Source: an uncultured Acidobacteriota bacterium
GTDB lineage: Bacteria > Acidobacteriota > Thermoanaerobaculia > Gp7-AA8
Direction of reading: 5' to 3'
NCBI GenBank assembly: GCA_963822445.1
Contig: CAWGHO010000002.1
Location: 512,001-576,000, forward strand
Length of the DNA: 64,000 nucleotides
The notes beneath the pieces were generated by a model. It saw only the letters and a list, made by a program, of their open reading frames with translations. It was not told the DNA's origin and did no database searches. The position numbers and the translations under genes are program-made. This document shows, in pieces, positions 16,985 through 27,502 of this stretch (the stretch's first letter is position 1; each line of letters begins with the position of its first letter).

Positions 16985-19285
16985 CTACTCCACCGCCTCC
17001 GACGCCATGAAAATCCACACCGCGCCAGTACCGTCGTCATCCTCGAAACCACCGATGGCCGCGGTATTGCCGTCAGCGGAGATAGCCAGTGACTTCCCTT
17101 GGTTCGCGTTCCCGACAGAACCCGCACCGAGCAGTTTAGGTCCCCGTTGATGCCACACGCCATCGCGCTTCCTCCAAACCCATGCGCCACCGGCACCACT
17201 ATTGTCGCTGATTCCTCCAACCAAGGCCGTCATCCCGTCAGCCGACAAACACACAGAGAAACCCTGTCCAGGATTACCAATGAAGCCCGACCCGACGAGC
17301 TTCGGTCGATAAGGACTCCATACCCCTCCCTTGCTTCTCGTCCAGATCCAAGCGGCACCGATGAAATTGTTGTCTTTGCGACCGCCTACGAGTGCCGTAT
17401 TGCCGTCGGCCGAGAGCGAGACGGAGACCCCTTGAAAAGCGGGTCCCATGGCGTCTGTCCCGATGAGCTTCGTTCCTTGGTGAGACCACCTCCCGTCCTG
17501 TCTGATTAACGGCCAGACGGCACCATTGGTGTCATCGTCGGCATGGCCGCCGACGAGAGCCGTTTTGCCGTCAGCCGAAAGCGCTACTGAATATCCGTAA
17601 TCGGCCTGGCCGAACGCGCCTAGAGGAACTAGCTTCGGTCCATCCTGTGTCCAGACGTCGCCGCTTCTCGTCCAGATCCAAACGGCACCGATCTGATCGT
17701 TGTCCAGCCACCCACCCACGATGGCGGTATTGCCGTCCGCGGACAGTGCGACAGCCGCCCCTTGGTAGCTTTGGCCAACGAACCCCGAACCGACCAGTTT
17801 CGGTCCTTGCTGCCTCCATGCCCCGCCCTTCCTCGTCCAAATCCATACAGCTCCGACCCGGCTCCCATCACTGGAACCACCCACAATGGCCGTGTCACCG
17901 TCAGCGGAAAGCGCCACCGCGGTGCCTTGAACACTTCCCTCGCCTCCCGAACCCACCAGCTTCGGTCCATCCTGGGTCCACACGTCACCCTCTCTCGTCC
18001 AGACCCAAGCCGCGCCAGTACCACCGTTGTCGCCCCAACCCCCAACGATGAGGGTATTGCCGGCCGCCGAGAGCGCCACCGATGAGCCCTGAAGAGCGTA
18101 CCCTACGGCCCCGGTGCCAATGAGCTTTGGGCCTTTCTGCGAAAACAGTGCAGCGCCCGGCGTCGACGCACCTAACGTCTTCGGATCTCTGAGAGCGGCG
18201 CTACCTTCGCGAGCGAACGGATCCGTTGGCTGTTCGTCCCGCGAGCCTTTCAGCAGCCATCCGCCACCGAAGGCTAATGCAAGGAAGACGATTGCGATAC
18301 TTGCTAGCGCGAGCGACCGTCGAGTCGCCGAAATTTTCCGCACAAGCGGAGACGTCGAGGTCATCTCTGAGCCGGTTTTCCGAAGCGGTGGTGCGACACC
18401 GTGGCTGCTCCTGATTTTGACTGTCGCCGCGTCGTTAGGGACCGCCGGAAGCGCCGGACTTGTGGTTTCGCGTGTGGACGCGGGCTGAAATTCCCTAAGG
18501 TCACGGGCAATATCAGCAGCATCATCGTAGCGATCGGTCGGCCTTTTTTGTAAGCAGCGGGCGACAATCTCGCCTATTCGGCCAGGAATGCGCTCCGTGG
18601 ACTCGAGGTGGATCGCGCGCATGGTGTTCACATCTGTCGCACGACGAAACGGATGCTTGCCCGTGAACGCTTCATACAGGACGACGCCAAACGAAAAGAT
18701 ATCCGTGCGATAGTCGAGCCGGCGCAGACCATCGGTTTGTTCGGGCGAAAAATAGTCAACCGTTCCGACAATCGTGCCGCTCGTCGTGACGGTTGAGCCG
18801 GCACTTTTCGCCAAGCCGAAGTCGACGATGCGGGCCCGATTGTCGGTGCCGATCATGATGTTCGCTGGCTTCAGATCGCGATGCACCACACCGGCTTGGT
18901 GCACTGCGGCCAGTCCATCGGCGACCTCGCACAGCCAGCGCAGAATTTGGTCCTTACCTGACCGCCGCGTGCGTTCTCGCAGTGAATCTCCTTCGATGAA
19001 CTCCATGACGAGATACGGAACGTCACGGCCGCCGTGGTCCTCGATTGCGAATTCGAAGATACCCACGATATTGGGGTGTGAGAGCCCTGCTAACGTGCGC
19101 GCTTCACGCGTGAACCGCTCGCGGTCGTGGGGGCCGGAGCCCAGAAGCAACTTGATCGCTACATCGCGTTGGAGCATGGGGTCTTTGGCTCGATACACCT
19201 CGCCTTGGCCGCCAGCCGGCAAGACGTCGGCGATCTCGAAGCGACCGAATCGCTGGCCGATACTGAGAGTAGGAGTCGCGTTCAC
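16985..19285 (-). CDS. Membrane Ser/Thr kinase with a seven-repeat FG-GAP-like beta-propeller ectodomain
   Basis: VAIK, HRDLKPAN, DFGLA and SPEQ; one TM segment; seven GPKLVG...VALSADG.TA.VGG..D...GA.W.W repeats. Confidence 0.9.
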   Translation of the reverse strand: MNATPTLSIGQRFGRFEIADVLPAGGQGEVYRAKDPMLQRDVAIKLLLGSGPHDRERFTREARTLAGLSHPNIVGIFEFAIEDHGGRDVPYLVMEFIEGDSLRERTRRSGKDQILRWLCEVADGLAAVHQAGVVHRDLKPANIMIGTDNRARIVDFGLAKSAGSTVTTSGTIVGTVDYFSPEQTDGLRRLDYRTDIFSFGVVLYEAFTGKHPFRRATDVNTMRAIHLESTERIPGRIGEIVARCLQKRPTDRYDDAADIARDLREFQPASTRETTSPALPAVPNDAATVKIRSSHGVAPPLRKTGSEMTSTSPLVRKISATRRSLALASIAIVFLALAFGGGWLLKGSRDEQPTDPFAREGSAALRDPKTLGASTPGAALFSQKGPKLIGTGAVGYALQGSSVALSAAGNTLIVGGWGDNGGTGAAWVWTREGDVWTQDGPKLVGSGGEGSVQGTAVALSADGDTAIVGGSSDGSRVGAVWIWTRKGGAWRQQGPKLVGSGFVGQSYQGAAVALSADGNTAIVGGWLDNDQIGAVWIWTRSGDVWTQDGPKLVPLGAFGQADYGYSVALSADGKTALVGGHADDDTNGAVWPLIRQDGRWSHQGTKLIGTDAMGPAFQGVSVSLSADGNTALVGGRKDNNFIGAAWIWTRSKGGVWSPYRPKLVGSGFIGNPGQGFSVCLSADGMTALVGGISDNSGAGGAWVWRKRDGVWHQRGPKLLGAGSVGNANQGKSLAISADGNTAAIGGFEDDDGTGAVWIFMASEAVE

Positions 19286-19514
19286 GGGGATGCGATGATT
19301 CTACCGGAACTACATCAATACGGTTCCTACGCGATGACGACGTCGGCATCGACTTCAAACAGGAATGCGTCTGCGAGTCGACGAAGGCGGTTCGGGATCG
19401 TCATCAGGAGTAGCGCTGGATCGCTGCTCGACCACGCACCGCGAATCACACCTCAGAAAGTCCTCACCTTTCCGGATTATCCTCGGTGACCGCGCCGTGT
19501 AAGTGGACCCCACG

Positions 19515-19772
19515 TTACTTGGGGAGAAGCTTTGCGACGTCTTCTTTGTCGAAAACAGAGGTCAGATCGCTGACCTTGCACGGCAGCGCGGCCGCGATCC
19601 GTAGAAGTGTCACGAGATTCGGCAGAAGGATGCCGCGTTCGATGTCGCTGATGTGACTCTGCCGTAGCCCCGTGCGCTCCGCCAACACCACCTGTGTAAC
19701 ATTTCTGTCTTCCCGCAGGACTCGTATCCGCTCTCCGAGCAATTCGCCGGCGCGCGTGCTCGAGTCCTTCAT
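19515..19772 (-). CDS. XRE-family HTH regulator
   Basis: LGERIRVLREDRNVTQVVLAERTGLRQSHISDIERG..PNLVTLLRIAAAL. Confidence 0.85.
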   Translation of the reverse strand: MKDSSTRAGELLGERIRVLREDRNVTQVVLAERTGLRQSHISDIERGILLPNLVTLLRIAAALPCKVSDLTSVFDKEDVAKLLPK

Positions 19773-19841
19773 GCAATGAACCCCTTGACTATCGGTTTGG
19801 ACGTATATATGTTTAAACAGATTCGCGCGAGGAGCGCACAC

Positions 19842-20327
19842 ATGCTCGACCCCGACGTCATCAACCGCATCCGCCACATCTTCCTACACCACCGCCCGCA
19901 CGTCAGCATCTCCACTGCAACGGTACTCCTCGGCTGGACGCATCGCCAGATGACCGACGCCATCGCAGCCGGCGACGTGGAACTGAAGACCACGCCCCTC
20001 GGCAAATGGTTCTGGCGCGAAGAACTGATGGCCAAAGCGCTGGAGACCTGGCCCCTCGACACCATCGAGGAAGCCCTCGGCAGCGACGCCGACCGAGTCC
20101 TCCCGGACGCCCTGCGCACCGCCGAGCTCCGCGTCCGCCTCCCCCGCCACCAAATCGCCATGCTCGAGTACAGGGCGGAACAGGAGCAGACCACCATCAG
20201 CGGCGTGCTCGCCAGAGAGCTCGATGGCATGGCCAGTATCCACGCTGAAGAGCTGTCCGCCGTCATCCCCGGCTTCGCGGCTGCCTTCGCCTGGCCGGAC
20301 GCTGAACCCGCTGGTCTCCCGTGTTGA
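19842..20327 (+). CDS. Hypothetical DNA-binding-like protein (HTH-like N-terminus, RHH-like C-terminus)
   Basis: GAGGAG RBS; VSISTATVLLGWT and LRVRLPRHQIAMLEYRAEQEQTTISGVL. Paralog at 4488-4829. Confidence 0.7.
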   Translation: MLDPDVINRIRHIFLHHRPHVSISTATVLLGWTHRQMTDAIAAGDVELKTTPLGKWFWREELMAKALETWPLDTIEEALGSDADRVLPDALRTAELRVRLPRHQIAMLEYRAEQEQTTISGVLARELDGMASIHAEELSAVIPGFAAAFAWPDAEPAGLPC

Positions 20328-20487
20328 CCGGGTCGTCCGCGATGTCGCGAAGCCGTCACCACGCCGACGATACGTTGCGAAGTAGGCAGCTGGAGGTCCG
20401 TCTCCCGCCCGCCCCGTAGCGTACGGCGCCAAGCCGTGCATCTCCCGTGCTTGACCTCCACTGGCTTCTCACATTCAATCCTCAGCC

Positions 20488-23400
20488 GTGCCTGGCGCGA
20501 ACTACGCATGGACTCGCTTCTGGTGTTCACGAGAGGGAAGCTACAGCCTCACGACTGAGGGTTTCCTCAGGGAACCGTACAAGAAACACCCGAACATTGG
20601 CGACGTCAAAGCGTTCGCGCTGATCGCCGACACCCCCGTACTGCTCCTCCTGGGTGAACCGGGTATCGGTAAGACATTCGCCATCACCGCCGAACGCGAC
20701 TCCATCAGAGCGGCCGTCGCCGTCCGTGGCGAGCAAATTCTATGGCCGGACCTTCAAGCCATAAGCACACCAGAAGCCTTCGACAGATTTGTTGTGAATG
20801 CCCCTGAGTTCCAAGCTTGGCTTAGAGGAGATGCAGTCCTGCATCTATACCTGGATGCGCTGGACGAATGCATGCTGCGCGTTCGGATACTCGGCCGGCT
20901 TTTAACAAACGCATTGCAGCAAGGTCCTGCCGAACGACTGTGGTTACGCCTGACATGCCGGACGGCAGAGTGGAGCAATGAACTTGAGACGGATTTGAAA
21001 CGACTCCTCGGGACCAACCGGGTAAAAGCGTTTGAGCTTCTGCCACTAACCAAAACCGACGTGGCCAGGGCCGTCGCAGCTAACGAGATCGATGAAGCGA
21101 CCTTCTTTAAATATGTGCAGCGGACAGGCGCCTCCGCGCTTGCGAGCCGCCCAGTCCCGCTCGATTTTCTTATCCGTTGCTTTCGACGTGGCGACCTCCC
21201 TGCCAACCAGATCGAGCTTTACGAACGCGGCTGTCTGGCGCTTTGTGAAGAATCTGAACACCGGATCGAGACCGGCCTCCCGCCGGTCTTGACCGCGCTC
21301 GAACGCCTTGCGATAGCTAAACGACTCGCGGCATGCACGATCTTCAGTACGCGCTCAGTCCTACTTCTTGGCCGCGACGACTCCGATATGCCTGCAGATG
21401 CTCTGCGAATGACCGAGCTGGCTGGAGGACACGAACGTCTTGGCAGCTCGAGTCTCGAAGTAACCGAGGCTGCCCTGAGGGACGCCCTAGACACGGGCCT
21501 ATTCACGTCTCGCGGAGCGAAGGTTCTCGGCTGGGCGCATCACACCTACGAGGAGTACCTTGCCGCGCGATATGTGAGCGACAGCAATCTGTCACCACAA
21601 CAGGTTCTGGCGCTGATCGTTCATCCAGACGATCCCGATCGGAAGCTCACCCCGCAATTGCACGGAGTAGCGGCATGGCTGGCCGCAATGCATGCCGACA
21701 TTTTCGATTACGTGCTGAAGCATGAGCCAGAATTGATTCTTCTGAGCGATGTTGTCGTCCAGCGCGACGAGGATCGTGCGCGGCTAGTTGCCGAGCTACT
21801 GTCGCGAAAGCGCGCGCAGCAACTCGCGCGCATCGACGTGATGATGTACTCCAAATTCCGAAAACTCGCGCATGCCCAGATTGCTGACCAGCTTCGACCA
21901 ATACTGATGAATAGTAGCGAGCCGGACGAGTTGCGCGAGGTCGTAGCCGACATGGCGGAGTACACGGAATGCTCGCTACTGATCCCGGAACTCACTCAGG
22001 TCGCTCTCGATACAACTCAGCCGGTCGGTGTACGTATTGACGCCGCTGGTGCGGTCGTGCAATTAGGCGATGACGAGCAACGTGCTGCGTTAAAGCCGTT
22101 GCTCGACACGCCGGCAACCTCGCGTGAAGAGCGCTGGCTCATCCGCCAGGCCCTCAGGGCCGCGTGGCCGCACGCGCTTTCTGCCGAGGAGCTTTTTGAG
22201 TTCCTGGGCCCGAAACGGCTTCGGCTCGGCACGATCGGTGATGACTACGTGCTCGTTGAACATATTCGGGAGACGCTAACTAGTGACCGTCTCATCCCGG
22301 CACTCAGATGGGTTCTTCGACGCGTGCAAGCGCTGCCCGAAGGTCCGACGATCAAACTCGGCGACGCTCTCCAGCGGTTCGAAGACGGCATCGTCGTTAA
22401 GGCGTGGCGCTCAAATGACGACGCCGTCACGGCAAAGCTGGCCGAGATCGTCGTTGAGAAGATCCGCCGCTATGAGCCGCTCATTTCTCGCGACGACCTC
22501 GATGACGACGACGTCAGCGATCAACAGCTCCTGAGTGACGTATCGCGCAGGCAAAGGTTCGCATCGTTCTTACTTGCTGCGCTTGCTCGCCGTCGCAAGG
22601 TCATCTCGCCCTGGATAATGTTCGAGAAGACGCCATATCTGCAACGCGACGACCTGCCTTGGCTCGTGAAGCGTCAGGCGGAAGTACCACATCGCCCGAA
22701 AGAGGCGGCTCTCGAAGCGAATCTCATTCTGGCCTTTGCCGATTTGACGGTTCCATCGGCGTTCGATCTGATATTGACCGCCGCACGCAGCAATGCCGTG
22801 CTGGCAGAACGCATAAGGAACACGTGCGCCGCCATACCGCTCGACTCGGAAGAAGCTCGCAGAGCGCGGCGAGATCATACGGAGATCCAGGAGTTGTCGC
22901 AGCGGCGAGCGAGTCGCAGAAACAACCGCGAGCAGCCGGATAACGGTGCTCAGGTGGTCGAGTGGCTTGAAGCGACGGAGAAGCGACCGTGTCTCTTCTG
23001 GCGGTTGTTGGACGAGATGGCACGCGCACCAGACGACCGCTACGCCAACTCGATGAATCTCGACGTCCAGAGCTTTCCTGCCTGGATGACTGCGCCCGAC
23101 AGCACACGTCTGCGGATCATCCGCGCCGCGGAACGGTTCGTCCGTCACTGTGATTCCGACGCTGACGCTTGGTTCGGGACGCAACAATTCGCACGATCAG
23201 CGATGGGGGCTGTTCGCGCACTAACACTGCTGAAGACGATAGCGCCGGATCAGTTCGCGTCGCTAGGTTCGGACATATGGACGAAATGGACTCCCGCTCT
23301 TCTCGGGATTCCAAACAACGATCCGACCGTGCCATTACTAGCAACGGCCTATCGACATGCTCCAGGTGAAGTGACTCGAAGAATCCAACAGCTGGTCCGC

Positions 23401-24660
23401 GTCAAAGAGGCTTACGTCGTCCACAAGCTGTCGGACATCTTGGACGACAGGCTGACGTCCGCGATCATCGAAGTTGCACGAGAGGGTGGACTGCCTGACG
23501 ATACGCTGACCCGGCTGCTTGAACCGCTCCTTGAGAATGCGACCGCGCGGATGTTCGCTGAGTCGCTGGTCCGCAGCGCTCTAATGACGGAGTCTCGGCA
23601 GACAGCAGCAGCCGTGGCGGCCACACTGTTATTGCGTACGCCAAACGAATCGTGGGAAACGATTTGGCCGCTGATAACTACTGAAACTGCGTTTGGCCGT
23701 GCGGTAATCGAGCGTGCGGTCGATTCTGACCACTTTGAAGCCGCACCGGTGTACATTCTCGAAGAGAGGCGCGTGGCGGATCTATACTTGTGGCTGACCC
23801 GTGAGTACCCGCCGCGCAAAGATCCACAGCATGAGGGCGGATTTACTCCGGACACACGGGACAACGTCTCTTCGTGGCGTTCGCGATGCCTCGACAGCCT
23901 GAAACGGAAGGGAACGCGAGCTGCCTGCGACGCGTTGCGGCGGCTTGCCGCGGCGCTTCCCGAACAGAGCTACCTGCCAACACTGGTCGTAGAAGCTGAA
24001 TCGGTGCGTCGCCAGAAATCGTGGCGACCTACGCCAGTGGCTACGCTTCGGCAACTGCTCACCGATCGGTCGCGACGTCAGGTTCGCAGTGAGACCGAGC
24101 TCGCCGACGTCATCGTCGAATCGCTTGAACAACTCCAAGCAAAACTCCAAGGTGAGACGCCGGCCGCGTTCGATCTCTGGAACACATCGCCGTACAAACC
24201 AAAAACCGAGAATGAATGTTCGAGTTACATCGCGCGCTACCTCCGGGATGAACTCAAGAACCGCGGAGTGATTCTGGCTCGCGAAGTCGAGATCCGGCCG
24301 ACTGCCTCAGTCAGTAGCGGCGAGCGCACCGACATCCATGTCGACGTCGCAGGCGACGTGCAAGGGCGCACACAGGTATTCAGCGTTATCGTGGAGTTGA
24401 AGGGCTGTTGGAACCGAGGCGTTCATGGAGATATGACCGATCAACTCGCCCGGCGCTATCTTCGTGACAACGCCACGCAAACCGGTATCTTCCTCGTAGC
24501 ATGGTTCCAATGCGCTGTGTGGGGTACGCCGGACTATCGGAAGCGGAAGTGTCTAAGCGACCGGGGAACGCTTTTAAGTAGCCTCAATGATGAAGCGAGG
24601 ACTCTTCGGGGCGAGGGATTCGACATTCGGCCGATTGTCCTCGATTGTTCGCTTCGGTGA
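20488..24660 (+). CDS. NACHT/STAND NTPase with a helical sensor region and a C-terminal PD-(D/E)XK-like nuclease; candidate defence protein
   Basis: Walker A GEPGIGKT, Walker B LYLDALDE, LTCR, and WAHHTYEEYLAARY. C-terminal REVE...RTDIHV...IVELKG...QLARRYL. Confidence 0.8.
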   Translation: MPGANYAWTRFWCSREGSYSLTTEGFLREPYKKHPNIGDVKAFALIADTPVLLLLGEPGIGKTFAITAERDSIRAAVAVRGEQILWPDLQAISTPEAFDRFVVNAPEFQAWLRGDAVLHLYLDALDECMLRVRILGRLLTNALQQGPAERLWLRLTCRTAEWSNELETDLKRLLGTNRVKAFELLPLTKTDVARAVAANEIDEATFFKYVQRTGASALASRPVPLDFLIRCFRRGDLPANQIELYERGCLALCEESEHRIETGLPPVLTALERLAIAKRLAACTIFSTRSVLLLGRDDSDMPADALRMTELAGGHERLGSSSLEVTEAALRDALDTGLFTSRGAKVLGWAHHTYEEYLAARYVSDSNLSPQQVLALIVHPDDPDRKLTPQLHGVAAWLAAMHADIFDYVLKHEPELILLSDVVVQRDEDRARLVAELLSRKRAQQLARIDVMMYSKFRKLAHAQIADQLRPILMNSSEPDELREVVADMAEYTECSLLIPELTQVALDTTQPVGVRIDAAGAVVQLGDDEQRAALKPLLDTPATSREERWLIRQALRAAWPHALSAEELFEFLGPKRLRLGTIGDDYVLVEHIRETLTSDRLIPALRWVLRRVQALPEGPTIKLGDALQRFEDGIVVKAWRSNDDAVTAKLAEIVVEKIRRYEPLISRDDLDDDDVSDQQLLSDVSRRQRFASFLLAALARRRKVISPWIMFEKTPYLQRDDLPWLVKRQAEVPHRPKEAALEANLILAFADLTVPSAFDLILTAARSNAVLAERIRNTCAAIPLDSEEARRARRDHTEIQELSQRRASRRNNREQPDNGAQVVEWLEATEKRPCLFWRLLDEMARAPDDRYANSMNLDVQSFPAWMTAPDSTRLRIIRAAERFVRHCDSDADAWFGTQQFARSAMGAVRALTLLKTIAPDQFASLGSDIWTKWTPALLGIPNNDPTVPLLATAYRHAPGEVTRRIQQLVRVKEAYVVHKLSDILDDRLTSAIIEVAREGGLPDDTLTRLLEPLLENATARMFAESLVRSALMTESRQTAAAVAATLLLRTPNESWETIWPLITTETAFGRAVIERAVDSDHFEAAPVYILEERRVADLYLWLTREYPPRKDPQHEGGFTPDTRDNVSSWRSRCLDSLKRKGTRAACDALRRLAAALPEQSYLPTLVVEAESVRRQKSWRPTPVATLRQLLTDRSRRQVRSETELADVIVESLEQLQAKLQGETPAAFDLWNTSPYKPKTENECSSYIARYLRDELKNRGVILAREVEIRPTASVSSGERTDIHVDVAGDVQGRTQVFSVIVELKGCWNRGVHGDMTDQLARRYLRDNATQTGIFLVAWFQCAVWGTPDYRKRKCLSDRGTLLSSLNDEARTLRGEGFDIRPIVLDCSLR

Positions 24661-24770
24661 TAACGGCATGCGTCACGAAGTCCCGAGGCACTAGGATACC
24701 CGCGCGCCACCTGAACGAAAGTCTCAAGCCGTTCGAGCTCGCGGCCGCCGCCCGGTGCCCGGCGCGACCA

Positions 24771-26927
24771 TCACTCCAGCCGCCGAAACCACACGTGGGC
24801 CGTCTTTTTGTCGGCGTGTCCTCCCGTCCAGGTGGTCCGATCGAGGATCGCGTCGGCGAGCAGGGGTAGCTTCTTATCGCGAACGGCTGCGTGGCATCGC
24901 TCCATGAAGTCCTCCGTACAGTCGAGCGACAGCCGGTGGTACGTCCCGTCCGATCGGGACTTCCAACGCAGGGTCGCGAATCGTCTCGTTGCGATGGCCC
25001 AGGCAGTCGCGCGCTCATACTCCTTCCGCGTCCTCATCACCCGTAACAGCATCAGCGCGATCTCATGCAGGAACTCGTATTTGGCCCGGCGCGCGGTGCG
25101 CGATCCGTGATTCTTGCGTAACGTCGTGGCGCGACCCTTCGCCAGCGAGCACTCATGACAAAGCGCCGATAGCCCGCCTTTCATGACTTTCGCGATGCAC
25201 GGCCAGACGTATCGCTGCGCCCCACACTCCGGGCAAATCGCCAGAAGCATGTTCCGGCCCCTCGGCTTCGGCGGGACCCGTACTTTGCGACGCGCCACCT
25301 CGCTTCGTAACTCCGGTAACGCCTCCCCTGCTTCACGGAGCTGGTAGTACACGCGACGGGCAGCGGTCGGTGGCCACTTCAGTTGGCGACCCATCCCTTT
25401 GAATGTCACCGTCTCCGCGGCCTGGGCAACATCCCGGACGGCGGCCTGCGCAAGGTGCGGCAGGGTCCACATCGCGCGCCGCAGCCATCGAACCAATGAG
25501 GCGTCCGATCGGACGCCGATCATTGCCGGCGAACGCTTGGTGGTGGCGATGCTTCTCAGAATCCGGCGGGGGCCGCCGGCGCGAATCTTTTCTCCTTCAG
25601 CAAGGCAGCGTGTCACGACGGCGAACTCGGGCTCCGCCTGGCATCCAAAGCAGATCATGAAGTCATGTGGCTCGGTTCCCAGGAAGAAGAAAACCACAGG
25701 AGCGCGAACCAGATCGACACGCCGCCAGCCGATTGTGAATCCGACGCTCATGCGCCCGTCCAGAACCAGATAGGCGCCGTGGTTCTCGACCGTGAAGCTT
25801 CTCGACAAGGCCTGCGCTACGTGATGTTTGGCGTCCGCGATCGGGGCAGCGAAGACATCGTCCAGCACCGACTCGACCAAACGTGCCTGCGTCATATCCT
25901 TCAGCCCGATACGGGTCATCTCGCGCAACAGCGACGCTGGAAGGTCGCCCCAGCGATCATGAGCCGCTCGCGCTTCGCGAATGAGACGGGCCTGGGTCGT
26001 GAGGTCCGCCCGCCGTCGCTCGATGAGCCGAATTCGGGCTCGTTCAAAGATCTCTCGAGGAATCAGCGGTTCATATGCGTCTTCGACGGCGATCTCTTCG
26101 TCCGGTGTTCGAAGCGTTCCGATTCCCGCATATCGAGCGTTCCCCAGCATGTCCACGATCGTTCCTACCGTCCAAACGCTGCCGCCGGGCGACATCAGAC
26201 CGTCGTCGTTCAGCTCTCTGGCGATCGTGGCAGGGCGTTTACAGCGCTCCACGAATGATTCGAAGATTCTGGTGACGGTCGCACTCGTCTCATCGCGAGC
26301 CGGTGCGAGTTTCGTCTTCTGGCAGCTGACGGCCTTTCGACGTCCGCGCGGCAGGTCCTGGACCAAGCGCCCGTCGGGCTCGACGAGAACGCGCTTCATC
26401 CCGTAAGGCGGCGGTCCTCCGCTGTGAAATCCGCGGGACGCGCTTCGCGTCTTCCCATGTGTGATGATCCGCGATTTCTCGCGGCTGAATTCAGCCGCCA
26501 GCACGCGCTTCATCGACTTCTGCAAAGCAGCGTACGGCGTGTGGTCAGACCCGAAACTCTCCTCGACATAGACCACCTGGACGTGATGCCGGAAGCAGAG
26601 AAAGTCGTAATAGGCCGATTCATCGATATTGTCGAATCGGCCCCACCGCGACACGTCCCGCACCAGAATGGCGTCGAAGTCAGCGGCGCCGGAGACGACG
26701 ATCTCGATAAGTCTTGTGAACTCCGATCGCCCTCCAGCGTCACGTCCCGATGCGCTTTCGCTGAAGACCGCCACGACCTCGTATCCGAGCTTAGCGGCGT
26801 ACGCGCGCAGGATCTCCTCCTGAATTTCGAGCGAGTCTGCCTGGAGCTCCTGGTTGGTGGACCGCCGCAGGTAGAGAGCTACCCGACGAGGCCAGCGTTC
26901 AGGGGCACGAGGACGCTTCTTACGCAT
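24771..26927 (-). mobile_element. Large serine recombinase with an extended C-terminal region
   Basis: VALYLRRST (catalytic Ser), ESASG...R.EF, DVSRWGR, GGPPPYG, IARELNDDG and MLGNARYAG. Confidence 0.85.
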
Positions 26928-27036
26928 TCGGGTACCCTTGTTAAGAGGAGTGTCGCGCGAGCCTGATCTCTTACCCGGTCTTGGGCGATAGGGTAGGGAT
27001 CGCTCCCCGTGTGTCACTCCTCTTCCGGGAGGCTTT

Positions 27037-27474
27037 GTGCGTTTTCTAAGCTGGGGATTATTGGCTGCACTGGTTGCAGGAGCCGCGATTGCTGAACAAC
27101 CGAACGATTGCGGCGTCCGAGACGCGCTCTACCCGGCCAGCTTCGCTACGGCGAGCATGCTCAACGGGGAGTTCTGGGCTCAGGCGTCACCGGACGTTCG
27201 GCACTTCTACGTACGTACGGCGACTGAGGCGGTGAAGGCAAGCCAGACGGCTCCACCGCCGGCTAGCGTGGTCGGCTGGACCTATCCGCAGTTCGTCGAG
27301 TGGATCGACGAGTTCTACGCGAGCGACGTTCGCTTTCAGCGGCTTCCGGTAGCGGTGGTATTCACGTACGCAATGCGCGCACGAAACGGTGAAACGCGGG
27401 AAGCGCTTACGCGCGACGCCAAGGACATGCTCCAGCGTCTGCGGAGGATCGATCCAAACCACGAGGACCGGTGA
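27037..27474 (+). CDS. Small secreted helical protein
   Basis: GGAGG RBS, signal peptide, and WIDEFYA...LPVAVV. Loosely resembles Rap1a-type immunity proteins (weak). Confidence 0.6.
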   Translation: MRFLSWGLLAALVAGAAIAEQPNDCGVRDALYPASFATASMLNGEFWAQASPDVRHFYVRTATEAVKASQTAPPPASVVGWTYPQFVEWIDEFYASDVRFQRLPVAVVFTYAMRARNGETREALTRDAKDMLQRLRRIDPNHEDR

Positions 27475-27502
27475 TCGAAGCGAGGCAGGCCCACAGCTCG
27501 AC

